Below are positions 1-9,628 of a stretch of DNA of 64,000 nucleotides, in pieces. Position numbers and translations under genes: made by a program. Source of the stretch: Planctomycetota bacterium (lineage in GTDB: Bacteria; Planctomycetota; Phycisphaerae; WQYP01); assembly GCA_021810145.1 (NCBI GenBank), contig JAJZJL010000005.1, positions 4,667 to 68,666 on the forward strand. Direction: 5' to 3'. Below the pieces are notes generated by a model. It ran no database searches. It was not told the DNA's origin and worked only from the letters and a program-made list of their open reading frames with translations. Positions within the stretch are counted from its first letter, which is position 1; every line of letters starts with the position of its first letter.

Positions 1-400
1 AAAGGAAAGCGTTTCGGTCACCTCCATGGCATAGATAAGTCTGTGTCCATGTTCTTTGGGGCTAAGGCCAACCACCCAATCCCCAATCTCCGCTTTCTTT
101 CGAATCGTCGGCTTGCAGGTTGCCAGCGTGCAGTACCCCCAGAACGGATTGGGCGCAAAGCCCGTGTCGTGCGTGACAACATAACTGTAAAGTTTCATAA
201 TGTACTCCAGAACTGCCAACTTCGGTTTATCCAACAGGCACTGAATCCTACATATTGTATAATATGGGCCACCCACCAACTCCGCAACCGACGGAGCGAC
301 GAGTGCCGAGCCATGTCATCAATGGTGGGACGTGGCGAGTCGGATTGGCTTTTGGGTGGGAAGGGGTGGACCGCCCCGGCGCGCACGGGGTAAACTCTCT

Positions 401-726
401 AAGCGGATAACGCGGATACGGGGGGGGCGCGTCAACGGACAACGAGCAACGGACAACGATTCTCGGCGGATGGGACAGGTACTGAATCTACTGATTAATA
501 CTGACCAATACTGACCATTTCTGAATATACTGACGAATACTGAATCTACTGACCAATACTGTTCTCGTGCCGTTGTGGTGAAACCCCTATTCCAAATGCC
601 AAATGCTAAATGCCAAATGTTGAGGCATGGATGCCGAAATCCCCCGGCGAGCCGGGGCAGGCCTGGCGATAGGATCGGCAGATCGGGACTCAATCTGAAT
701 CTGGGTAATCTGCGTAATCGGTGGAT
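401..726. repeat. Intergenic cluster of short tandem repeats (7-, 9- and 9/10-bp units)
   Basis: CAACGGA/CAACGAG x~4 (433-459); TACTGA-core units x9 at 480, 489, 499, 509, 519, 528, 538, 547, 557; CCAAATG-like x4 (592-619); AATCTG(G/C)GT-like x3-4 (692-726); GCGGATAAC x2 (403-418). Confidence 0.85.
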
Positions 727-775
727 AACCGTGCGTTGCTGTGAGAATCAACGATTGCAGGCTTCCTGCAAGTGT

Positions 776-1759
776 CTAAATTGGCAGAGGCGGGGCGGCT
801 GATTGGTCAAGGTTGCGGCATTCGGTTAAGTAAGTCTTGACGCGTTGCTGGAACTCCGCATCGGTTTGAAAGGGAATATCCGAGGCGAGAGGAATTCTCG
901 CGGTGCTTGCGCGCAGGGAAAAAAGCTGGCCCGGGCCAGGAGGGCCGATGATCAGATCGGTTAATCCCGGCGCGGCGGAATGGCGGTATTCAACGGCCAT
1001 CAAGGGACACCCTGTACCAATTAGTCCGCGCAGGGAGGCAATCCAGATTCGGGCTGAAAGCCACGGAGGATGTCCAAATATCGGGACCCGCACCGTTTCC
1101 GTACGACCATTGGCACCCTCGCGCCCGCAGCTTTGCACCGCCTTCTGCAAACTGTAGATCATGCGCGCCGTTATATCGGGGACCGTGTTTTCCGCGGCCA
1201 GAATTTGAAGCATCTGCGAACCGGTGACCAGTCGATCCGCCTTTACGGCGCGGGGCTGCAATCTGCCGGTCAATTCGTCGAGGCTCTTTTGAGCCGTCTG
1301 CACTGCGGCCCGCACCTCCGCGGCCGATGAGGTTGCAATCACATTGTTCTGAAGCGTCAGAAGCAGCGGCCCGGTGTGTTCTGCAATATCGGGCAGCGAA
1401 TACCCGCGGGCCTGAACGGCGGTAACCAGCGGATAAAGGCTGCGGCCCTTGCCATCGCGGGATGCGGTGATGGACGCGAGAATGTAATAATCGTCCAAGC
1501 TGTAGATCAACAGATGATTAAATTCCGCCAGCCGCTCTGGCTCCGGCAGATGCGCCCAGGAACCGGAGTCAATATTTCCGCCGATGCCTTCGACATAAAT
1601 CATGCGTTTGAATGTCAGCATTTCGGGAAATTGATGCCCGGCATCATCCATGTGGTCATCCCATCCGGGGTGCTTGCCAAAAACACTGACCGCCAGGATC
1701 GGTTCCCGTGCAGGTCCAGATAGAATCCGGGCGGCGAACTTCTGAAAGAATTGACCCAA
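776..1759 (-). CDS. tagF: T6SS-associated TagF/ImpM-like protein
   Basis: FGKHPGWDDH matches the TagF N-terminal FGK.P..GDF motif and SRDGKGRSLYPL matches S.D..GR.FPL. Directly downstream of tssM; AGGAG SD before a TTG start. Confidence 0.75.
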   Translation of the reverse strand: MGQFFQKFAARILSGPAREPILAVSVFGKHPGWDDHMDDAGHQFPEMLTFKRMIYVEGIGGNIDSGSWAHLPEPERLAEFNHLLIYSLDDYYILASITASRDGKGRSLYPLVTAVQARGYSLPDIAEHTGPLLLTLQNNVIATSSAAEVRAAVQTAQKSLDELTGRLQPRAVKADRLVTGSQMLQILAAENTVPDITARMIYSLQKAVQSCGREGANGRTETVRVPIFGHPPWLSARIWIASLRGLIGTGCPLMAVEYRHSAAPGLTDLIIGPPGPGQLFSLRASTARIPLASDIPFQTDAEFQQRVKTYLTECRNLDQSAAPPLPI

Positions 1760-1798
1760 GCGGACACCTTCTCCTGAAAGCCCAAGGGGCGATGGTTG

Positions 1799-4700
1799 TT
1801 ATTTTTTCGCCTTCGGCCACAACGACAGCGGCGGCAACGCACGGGAGAATACCATCTCCAGTGTCATGGTACGCAGTTTCTTAAACTGATCCAGCATGTG
1901 CAGATGCACAAGCCAGGTCTTGCCGTCCCTGGTTGTGCCGTTATACCGAACCAGAAGTTTCAGTGCTGCCCAGGGGCCGGTGAAGGCCAGACTCTGCGAC
2001 GGCTTGGTTCCGGCGACGGCGGGATCGGTCTCATAGAAATTAAGCTTGAGCACCTGTCCTGATTTTGCGGGTATTGTCAGTGTTCCCAGATTATCATCCG
2101 CCAGGGAACGAAAACTTGCGGTTCCCAAGCGCTGACCGGCCTGGTTAATGGTTAAATACGGCCAGATGATCTGGACGGTGTTATCCGACTGATCCTGTTT
2201 GATGGCTCTGGTTATCAGGAGCTTGCAGCGCAGCGGATTCTGGCCGGTAACGCCCAGAATAGCGGCGAGAATCTGGCGAATCGCCGCTACGGTCTGCCGT
2301 GAATAGCCAAAATGCCAGTACGACACATTGCCTTGAAGAATTCGAAGCTGCCGGTTGACCTGCGAGTCCGGGGTGAGAATCTCATTGCTGGAAACAACGG
2401 ACTTCGGCAACGCTTCGAAATGCCTGGATAGCGCACGGATGTCCGCGGGCGACCACTGGTGCTGGAAACGCTGATCCGCGGTTGCGGAAATAAACAAAGG
2501 AAAGAACGGTTTGGCCTGAATGCCGGCGAGAATGGCGTTCGCCTGTTGCTGGCTTTTCTGAGCCAGCGTTCTCAAGCCGGTAAGTGTCAGGGACTTGACA
2601 TATTGTGATGCGAAATTCGGATTTACCGAGTTGCTGAGAATATAACGATGGTAAAGGGTGTCCGGTGTTTCAGCCAGCAGTTGATTGCGGGCGGTATCGG
2701 GATTACCGCTTAATTGCGTCCACCGATTAAGCCGATGGCGGGTGGAGCGAGCAAAGAGCGGCACATTCAATAAACTGATCCCAGTATGGATATTTGCCTG
2801 CGCAGAGGCAACCTCCGGTGTCTGTGCCGTGGAAGTGGGAACTGCGGCCAGAGCCTTCGAAACGCGATTGCCGTAGCTTTGCAGCGCCAGAAACAGTTGA
2901 TCAACCTGAACGCCCTGCAATTGCTGCAGATAGGTTTTCCAACTGTTGTTCGGGACGGCTATGGTCAATCCATCGGTCAGGGCGGAAAGCCAATACTGAA
3001 AATAGGCTCGGCGATACAGATTCCATGCGGCGGCTGAGGACTGATATTGTGCCAGCAGGGTCGTGGCTCCAAGAATATGAACGGTGCTTTGCGATGTGCC
3101 CGTCGCCTGCCGGAGCAAATGTCCAATTTCATACCAGCCGCCCAGCAAAGTTCCGGCTCCCTGCGGGTTAAAACGCGGATCAAACGGTTTGCCTGCTCCA
3201 GAAGTAAATAAGATCATCGGTTTGCCGACGGCCGCGGCCTGCCCGGTGCTGACCTGCTGCGCCACAGCCTGTTCAATGGCTGTGGCATTGGCAAAGGAAT
3301 GGGAAACGCACAGATGAATCATCGCGTTGATTCGATATGCCTCAATCGCCTGAACCGCTTTAACGGCGGCTTGAGTGGCGGCTTGATTGTATGCGGCGGC
3401 GGCATTTGGCTCCGCGGTTTTCAAGGTGCCGGCCGTATGGTTAATAACGGACAAGGTCCGTTGCAAGCGGTGATTAAAGGCAAGTAAAAAAGCTTTGGCA
3501 TCGGTCACGGATGTTATCGATGTGGGATTCGAGATCAGATTGTCAACCGCGGCGTACATGATTTGTCGCAGGCTCACCTGTCGGTGGGCACCGGCCCGGG
3601 CCAGAAATATCTGATCCATGGCGGCAACCTGGGACTGATCGGTCGAACCGAAAGGCGACTTCTCATCGGCGATTTCATGCAGTAATTCAGCACGCGCCGA
3701 AGCCAGCAGAGCCATGCTCTTTTTCAAAACGCCTTTGGGAACGGACGCTTTACCCAGGAGAACCGATGAAATGAAATTCCCTGCCGCGCCGGATTTGGCA
3801 TTCGAGGTGTTGCCGGCGGTAATCCATGCCGTCTGCTGTTTGAGGCGATTGTAAAGTTCCTGACGATGATGCAGCAACTGCTGGGCATCGGCTAAATAAG
3901 CCCCGGCGAAAGTGGCATGGGATCCCAGCGCGGAATAATTGAGCCTTATTTTTTGCGCCGATGCGGATAGCGCTGTCAGCAATCCGCTGACTTTTTGATA
4001 AGCCGCATTTCCCGCCCGCACATTGTTACCGGCCTGATATTCCTTAGCCCAGCGCATGAGAGCGGTTTCCGAATTCTGATAATTCTGCAATGCTGTTTTC
4101 AGAGCCAGCAGACGCTGCAAAGCCTGGTTGCCCGTTCCTACCGCACGGTTCCATCCATTAAGCACACTGGCCATGCCATGGTGTATCGCCGCCGCAAAAT
4201 CCACTGATTGAATCAATTGCAGTGATTTGGGCGGCCATCGGCGGCCGGAATTGTAAAGACTGCCGAGTATGGCATTGGTGGAATCTCCCTGATAGGTTTG
4301 ATACGACTTAAATTCGGTGGCAGGGAGAATATAAGCCAGCAGCGCGTCGAAATGCTTCAGGCTGGCTTTACGGCCGAGTGCCGAATCCGGTCCAATTTGA
4401 TAGCTGGCTTGCGCGATAGCGAGAAATTCCAAAAGGGCGTCGGTGCGTTTATTGAGTTCCGGCAATGTCAGGGATTGATCAGAAAGCGGGGCCACGGCAA
4501 GACGCGCTTCGGCCGCACGGATGACCGGCTCAAGGACCTGTTGATCGTATATTGTCAAAAACGCCCGACGCTGTTGTGCGTTAACGGTGCCGCTAAGGAA
4601 TGAAACGGGTTTGAATATCCAGGGCACGGTCAACGGTTTGCTGACGAGTTCAAAGCCCTGTTGATAGAAATTTGCCAGCGAATGGCCCAGAATTTTATTG

Positions 4701-6250
4701 GTATGTCCCTGATAGACATATTGTGGCACACCGATGGAATTATCCTTCGGCACGATAATCGCCATGAACTGCGGACTTGATGAGGTAAATACTTTGGCGG
4801 CGGCCTGCCAATACTGGCGTGGGGTTCCGACACTGTTCTTCAATTCAAAAAAGGCGTAAAACGTGCTGGCGAGAAGAAGAATAACTGCGGCAAATCCGGC
4901 GGCCAGAACGGCCACCTTGCGGCGCCGTTGCTGCTGCATGGCATTGCCGGCCCGGGTAACCAGACCGCGTTCTTTAAAGACCTTCTGCAAAAACAGATCA
5001 CGGAGGAAGTACGCCCGATCTCGCCGCCACACACCGCTTGCCGGCAAGGCATCGATGGACACACCCAGGGCCTGCGCGAGGTCCGCATCCAGAGCCTTGC
5101 CTTCGGACATGGAACTCGTGAAGTAAATGCCGCGCAGAAAAAGGGGCTTGGCCGACCATTCTCCCGCGACAAAAATCGTTTCCAGATATTGCCGCAGGCG
5201 CGGGGCAATTTTCAGCAGTGTTTCGGGAAAGGCGAAAAGCGCATCAACCTGATCCATGCGATTATGCGATGGATCTTCGGTGTTGACCGGATCGGCCAGC
5301 AGTCGCGCGCGGCGGTGCACAAGCCGGTCGTGAACCTGCCGAAGATGGCTTTCCACCGCATCCATATTAAAAGGTTCATCCAGGGCGGCGGGATTGGACC
5401 ATCCCATAATCTGATGCTGCAATTGCGGATCGGTCAGATCGTCAAAAAACTGACTGAATCCGGTGAGATAATCGGATTTTGTAATCAGCACAAATACCGG
5501 GAATCGCACGCCCAGCGTGCGTTGGATCATGTCCAGTTGCTGGGCGATTTTCCCGGCATTTCGGGCGATGATTTCGCTGGAATCCTTGAGCAGGCTGTCC
5601 GCCGGTATCACCAGCAACATGCCGTTGATGGGGCAATTGGGGCGATGCGTGCGCAGCAGTTTGAGAAATTCCTGCCACTCGCTGGTACTGCCGGGTGCGA
5701 CTTCCTCAAACATCAGCCGCCCGGCGGTATCAAGAATAATGGCATGATTGGTAAACCACCAGTTCATATTGATCGTGCCGCCGGAGCCTTGCAGTTGGTC
5801 CTGCAGTCCGGGAGGAAAGCCGATGGCCGAGTGGCGAATCGCTTCGGTTTTGCCGGATCCCGGTTGACCCACCAGGGCGTACCAGGGCAGAGAGTACAAG
5901 TCTTTGCCGGCGGCGTGAAATTTTTCCACACCCGCGGCAAAAACCCGGCGCAATGAATCAAGGTCCGCCAGCTTTTTAGCTCCGCTGAGCTGTTGTGGTG
6001 CCGCTCCGGCGTTGCCCGCCAGGCTCTGTTCCATGGGACGCGACTTGCGTTTTTGCCACCAGCCCACCAGCAGGCGAAAAATCACAAATGCAACAACCGC
6101 AATGATCACCAGCAACACAAGCAGCAGCAACAACTGCCAATGCCCGCCAATGGCCAACGCACCCGCGCCAACCACACCGGCTGTACCGCCAGCGGTTGCG
6201 GCCAGTTTGCCGTTGGGGGACAGGTTGCCGAGAAAATTAAAAGGATTCAT
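1799..6250 (-). CDS. tssM: T6SS membrane complex protein TssM/IcmF
   Basis: N-terminal TM; LPWYALVGQPGSGKT Walker A; WWFTNHAIILDTAGR; RFPVFVLITKSD; FLRGIYFTS; second TM; C-terminal GPWAALKLL. Confidence 0.93.
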   Translation of the reverse strand: MNPFNFLGNLSPNGKLAATAGGTAGVVGAGALAIGGHWQLLLLLVLLVIIAVVAFVIFRLLVGWWQKRKSRPMEQSLAGNAGAAPQQLSGAKKLADLDSLRRVFAAGVEKFHAAGKDLYSLPWYALVGQPGSGKTEAIRHSAIGFPPGLQDQLQGSGGTINMNWWFTNHAIILDTAGRLMFEEVAPGSTSEWQEFLKLLRTHRPNCPINGMLLVIPADSLLKDSSEIIARNAGKIAQQLDMIQRTLGVRFPVFVLITKSDYLTGFSQFFDDLTDPQLQHQIMGWSNPAALDEPFNMDAVESHLRQVHDRLVHRRARLLADPVNTEDPSHNRMDQVDALFAFPETLLKIAPRLRQYLETIFVAGEWSAKPLFLRGIYFTSSMSEGKALDADLAQALGVSIDALPASGVWRRDRAYFLRDLFLQKVFKERGLVTRAGNAMQQQRRRKVAVLAAGFAAVILLLASTFYAFFELKNSVGTPRQYWQAAAKVFTSSSPQFMAIIVPKDNSIGVPQYVYQGHTNKILGHSLANFYQQGFELVSKPLTVPWIFKPVSFLSGTVNAQQRRAFLTIYDQQVLEPVIRAAEARLAVAPLSDQSLTLPELNKRTDALLEFLAIAQASYQIGPDSALGRKASLKHFDALLAYILPATEFKSYQTYQGDSTNAILGSLYNSGRRWPPKSLQLIQSVDFAAAIHHGMASVLNGWNRAVGTGNQALQRLLALKTALQNYQNSETALMRWAKEYQAGNNVRAGNAAYQKVSGLLTALSASAQKIRLNYSALGSHATFAGAYLADAQQLLHHRQELYNRLKQQTAWITAGNTSNAKSGAAGNFISSVLLGKASVPKGVLKKSMALLASARAELLHEIADEKSPFGSTDQSQVAAMDQIFLARAGAHRQVSLRQIMYAAVDNLISNPTSITSVTDAKAFLLAFNHRLQRTLSVINHTAGTLKTAEPNAAAAYNQAATQAAVKAVQAIEAYRINAMIHLCVSHSFANATAIEQAVAQQVSTGQAAAVGKPMILFTSGAGKPFDPRFNPQGAGTLLGGWYEIGHLLRQATGTSQSTVHILGATTLLAQYQSSAAAWNLYRRAYFQYWLSALTDGLTIAVPNNSWKTYLQQLQGVQVDQLFLALQSYGNRVSKALAAVPTSTAQTPEVASAQANIHTGISLLNVPLFARSTRHRLNRWTQLSGNPDTARNQLLAETPDTLYHRYILSNSVNPNFASQYVKSLTLTGLRTLAQKSQQQANAILAGIQAKPFFPLFISATADQRFQHQWSPADIRALSRHFEALPKSVVSSNEILTPDSQVNRQLRILQGNVSYWHFGYSRQTVAAIRQILAAILGVTGQNPLRCKLLITRAIKQDQSDNTVQIIWPYLTINQAGQRLGTASFRSLADDNLGTLTIPAKSGQVLKLNFYETDPAVAGTKPSQSLAFTGPWAALKLLVRYNGTTRDGKTWLVHLHMLDQFKKLRTMTLEMVFSRALPPLSLWPKAKK

Positions 6251-6312
6251 ATCTTATACCCGCAGCTTTACCTTCAGTTTCAAACGTCCTGTATGCAATG
6301 ACCGGGAGCCGG

Positions 6313-6984
6313 CTATTTGTGCAGGATCATCGTCAGAGCCTGATTCAATTGTGACACACTTCGATGGAACAGATAGAAATTGGCTATCAGAAGCGTGATA
6401 ACGCATACCACCAGCACCACCGCAATTCCAACGAGTTTTACCCCGGGCGGTTCAATCAAATCCGCGGTGTTGACGTGCTCATAACTGTCCGGACAAATTT
6501 TGCGTGAATCGGAGTCTTGCGCGCCTGAATCGATCCGCAACCGAATTTCACGCGATTTTTTCCGCAAAAATTCCGGTTGTCCGGAATACCAGCCGGTAAA
6601 TCCCAGTCCCAGACAGGTATAGAATATCCCCAGGCGTTCCGTGGCGGCCGGGCTGGAATCTTTGAGTGTTTCTTCCAGCAGATCAAAAAACTTTTCATCG
6701 CCGCCCAGTTCGTTGCGGTCAAAAGCCAGCTCTTTCCATTTTTTGGAAATGTTGTATCCGCCCTCTTTGACCATGAAATCAGCGAAGAAAATCAGTGACA
6801 GTTCCATTTTCTCATACTGGCCGGCCAGGCCCGCCGCGGCTGTCGCTTTGGCCTTCATATCCGCCAGTAATCCCTTTATTTCCGCCCGCACGATTTCGGC
6901 ATCCAGCAGACCTCCGCCGTGCGCCCACCGATTAAGCCGACAGATATATTGAAAAAAAGGTTCCGTAAGTTCTGTAAGCGTCAT
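6313..6984 (-). CDS. tssL: T6SS TssL/DotU inner-membrane protein (no OmpA domain)
   Basis: FFADFMV, GGDEKFFDLLE, FYTCLGLGFTG motifs and a single C-terminal TM; lies between tssK and tssM. Confidence 0.9.
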   Translation of the reverse strand: MTLTELTEPFFQYICRLNRWAHGGGLLDAEIVRAEIKGLLADMKAKATAAAGLAGQYEKMELSLIFFADFMVKEGGYNISKKWKELAFDRNELGGDEKFFDLLEETLKDSSPAATERLGIFYTCLGLGFTGWYSGQPEFLRKKSREIRLRIDSGAQDSDSRKICPDSYEHVNTADLIEPPGVKLVGIAVVLVVCVITLLIANFYLFHRSVSQLNQALTMILHK

Positions 6985-7033
6985 GATACGGGTTCCTGCC
7001 AAAAACTCCTGACCAACCGGGGAAATTGTACCA

Positions 7034-8395
7034 TCACCCCGGAACGGTCATAAACAAAGTCAGAGCAAAATCGCTGTTTTCCATACCCAGCCAGCGGATG
7101 GCCATGGACTTTTCTTCTTTAATCCGATCCCACATGCGCTGACTGTCTTGACGGTTTATACGGAAATAATGCTGTCCCGACTGGGCCGGTAACTCCACGG
7201 GCGGATAGCGCTCTTCCTGGAGTTTTAAGCCAAAAATGCGTTTCCCCACCATGGTTGGGGCCGCCACTTGAAATTGATCCTGATTTTCCACGAGTTTGGC
7301 CAGGGCAATGGGGTCTTCCCGTGAACGCACGGCGATAAAATATTCGTTGGGTTGTGTGAATTGTTCCTCTGTAAGCGCGGCGACAAACATATTCTGTTCC
7401 GATTTGAAATCGACTTTCATAAACCGCGCCGTAACCGCGCCGCGCAACAGTCCCCGGATTTTATCCGTCAGATCCTGGAAGCAGACCGCGGGTTTATCAT
7501 GATCGTAAGCGGGGGCGGCCAACTGCTGATCTTTATCGGGGTACATGGAACCGAGTTCGGCCAGCAGCTCGCGCAATTCCAGATACATATCAAAGGGTGT
7601 GAGGTTGTTGACTTTCAACAGGCTGGAAATTCGGGCGCTGGAGCGGCTGATTGTGCGTAACCGCAGGCACTGTTCAAATTGCGCCCCGCGCATGGTATCA
7701 ACACTGAAGCCGCCGCGCGTTACCTGCAGCGCTAATTCGGTCCGGCTGGCTTCCAACTGATTGGCAAATTCGCGGAGCATGTCCCGCAGGACGGGAGAGC
7801 CTTTTACCAGCATGGATGGGGGAATGAAATTGGGATCCTGTCGCACGGCACCAACCTCTTCGCCCACGCCCCGTACCACGCGCAGGACGGGAAGAACTTC
7901 CATATCCGTGGTGTCATCGCCCTCAACCAGAAATCGCGCGTTAATGCGCCGCACGGCAATGGGGCGCGGATTTTGCCCGGTATTTTCGTCAGCTTGCTCT
8001 ATTTCCGTGACCCGGTACATGCTTTTTACCATCCACTGGTCTTTTGCATCACCGGTTACGATGTTGGCTCGTTCCGGACTCCACAGCGGAACCGCCAGAA
8101 ATACAGTCATGGATCCGGTACGTGATTCCAGGGCCTGTTTAATGCTTAACGTCGGAATATCCGCGTTTTCAGGAAAGCGCACCTCCGTACCGCTTGGCAT
8201 AATGGCATGAAGATGATCAAAGCGCACCATCTGATTTTTCAACGACTCCGCGGAAACCTGCGATTCAATCAGGCCGTAGGGATGGCTGAATGCCAGGGAC
8301 CGCACCGCCCCGAGGCGCGACAGAATATTCCGCTGCATGATCTGTAAGTGGTGCTGTTGTAGAAACAAGCCTTCATTGAAGTGAACTGCATCCAT
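7034..8395 (-). CDS. tssK: T6SS baseplate-docking subunit TssK/ImpJ
   Basis: VHFNEGLFLQQHHLQ matches the TssK N-terminus (W.EG.FL.PQHFQ); D..FIPP, PAYDHD and LPAQSGQHYFRI motifs; 453 aa. Confidence 0.92.
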   Translation of the reverse strand: MDAVHFNEGLFLQQHHLQIMQRNILSRLGAVRSLAFSHPYGLIESQVSAESLKNQMVRFDHLHAIMPSGTEVRFPENADIPTLSIKQALESRTGSMTVFLAVPLWSPERANIVTGDAKDQWMVKSMYRVTEIEQADENTGQNPRPIAVRRINARFLVEGDDTTDMEVLPVLRVVRGVGEEVGAVRQDPNFIPPSMLVKGSPVLRDMLREFANQLEASRTELALQVTRGGFSVDTMRGAQFEQCLRLRTISRSSARISSLLKVNNLTPFDMYLELRELLAELGSMYPDKDQQLAAPAYDHDKPAVCFQDLTDKIRGLLRGAVTARFMKVDFKSEQNMFVAALTEEQFTQPNEYFIAVRSREDPIALAKLVENQDQFQVAAPTMVGKRIFGLKLQEERYPPVELPAQSGQHYFRINRQDSQRMWDRIKEEKSMAIRWLGMENSDFALTLFMTVPG

Positions 8396-8440
8396 GATAT
8401 TTCCTGTTTATGTAAGCACGTGCGAATACAGGCCGAAGCT

Positions 8441-9373
8441 TCAGATGACGCTTTCGACAAATTCTCTGACAATCTCCCTGATTTCATGATCAATTGCCGC
8501 TTCATCAAGCTGCTCGGCCGCCAGTTCGGTATATTTTTTCCAGCAGGAAACTTCGATGGCGGCAAACATTTTTTTTGGCGTGGCGCGAACCGCGGCCTCA
8601 ATTTCAGCCGGCGCAAGTCGCGAGGCATATTTATGCGCGAATTGCCGCCCGGTCTGCCCAACGGAAGAAAGCAAAGCGGCATTGATTTTGCGAAGGCGCT
8701 CCAGTTCCTGCGACACCTGACCGCGCGGCACATCCGGGTCATCGGCTAAAAACCGGCTCATCAGACGTTGCAGGGGCGTGGAGCGCCTTAAACTGGAATT
8801 GGGCACAATGGCTTTCCACATGTTCCATGCGATTTGTTCAATGCTCATTGCCAGTTCGGAGAGCATCTGAAGAAGTTCAAGCGTATGTCCCGCATGGGGC
8901 TGCGCGCCGTCGTCAAGCTGCAATCGTGCGGCCAGCTTGGTCAGCGGCTCGGCTGGCCAGGCGGGGCCGGAAGCCGGTGCCAGGCCCGCGTCCGTGAGCC
9001 GGGCGATAAGTGCCTCTTTTTGAGCTTGGGGAAGTTTGGGAGCCAATTCGCATAAACGCTGCACGAGAAACGCGGGATCCTGCAATTCCGCGGCGTCGGT
9101 TGCGGAACCAACGACCGTTTGCGTCTGCCCGGCCGGACCGATCCGCTGCCGGGCCATGACGTTGTCATCCCAGGACGGGAAATGTTCCGCCAGTGTGGCA
9201 AGAAACTCCGGGCGTTGCGTGGGAGCAATATCCGCGAGATTCCGCTTGATTTCATCGGATATATATTCCTGCCGCGTCTGGCTGTTGTCGTCGGCAAGAT
9301 CAACCTGAATAGCGCGCAGGCGGTTGGCCAGTTGTGCGGCCTGCCGCGAAATATCCAATTCCGTTGAGGTCAT
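8441..9373 (-). CDS. Protein with TagH/Fha C-terminal-like domain but no recognisable FHA domain
   Basis: C-terminal ELERLRKINAALL...RLAPAEIEAA...CWKKYTEL resembles the TagH C-terminal domain. The N-terminus looks helical, with no IGR/SR.H/D.S.NGT FHA motifs. First gene of the tssKLM operon. Confidence 0.55.
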   Translation of the reverse strand: MTSTELDISRQAAQLANRLRAIQVDLADDNSQTRQEYISDEIKRNLADIAPTQRPEFLATLAEHFPSWDDNVMARQRIGPAGQTQTVVGSATDAAELQDPAFLVQRLCELAPKLPQAQKEALIARLTDAGLAPASGPAWPAEPLTKLAARLQLDDGAQPHAGHTLELLQMLSELAMSIEQIAWNMWKAIVPNSSLRRSTPLQRLMSRFLADDPDVPRGQVSQELERLRKINAALLSSVGQTGRQFAHKYASRLAPAEIEAAVRATPKKMFAAIEVSCWKKYTELAAEQLDEAAIDHEIREIVREFVESVI

Positions 9374-9628
9374 GGCATCCCCTGCTAACACGCGATTCCA
9401 GGCAATATCGGCTGAAAAAACGATCGGTGCTCGATCACCGCAGCCAACTTTCATGCGTAAAATATAGGCTGCCTGTGGCGGGAATACAAGCGCCGGAGCC
9501 GGCTGAATTTCCGGATGTCAAAGCCGTTTTGCCCCACAATTTCCGCCGGGCTGTGCAATGCTTGCGAAGCGGTTATACTCATACTTAGAATGTGAAAATT
9601 AAAATGGACTCCAGAGGCTTGATGAATA

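Noticed and set aside
480-561. CRISPR array or replication-origin iterons
   Set aside because: Units are 9-10 bp with no spacers; no cas, rep or dnaA gene and no DnaA-box cluster was seen.
4928-5956. 342-aa plus-strand ORF
   Set aside because: Antisense shadow of the conserved tssM NTPase region; no motifs.
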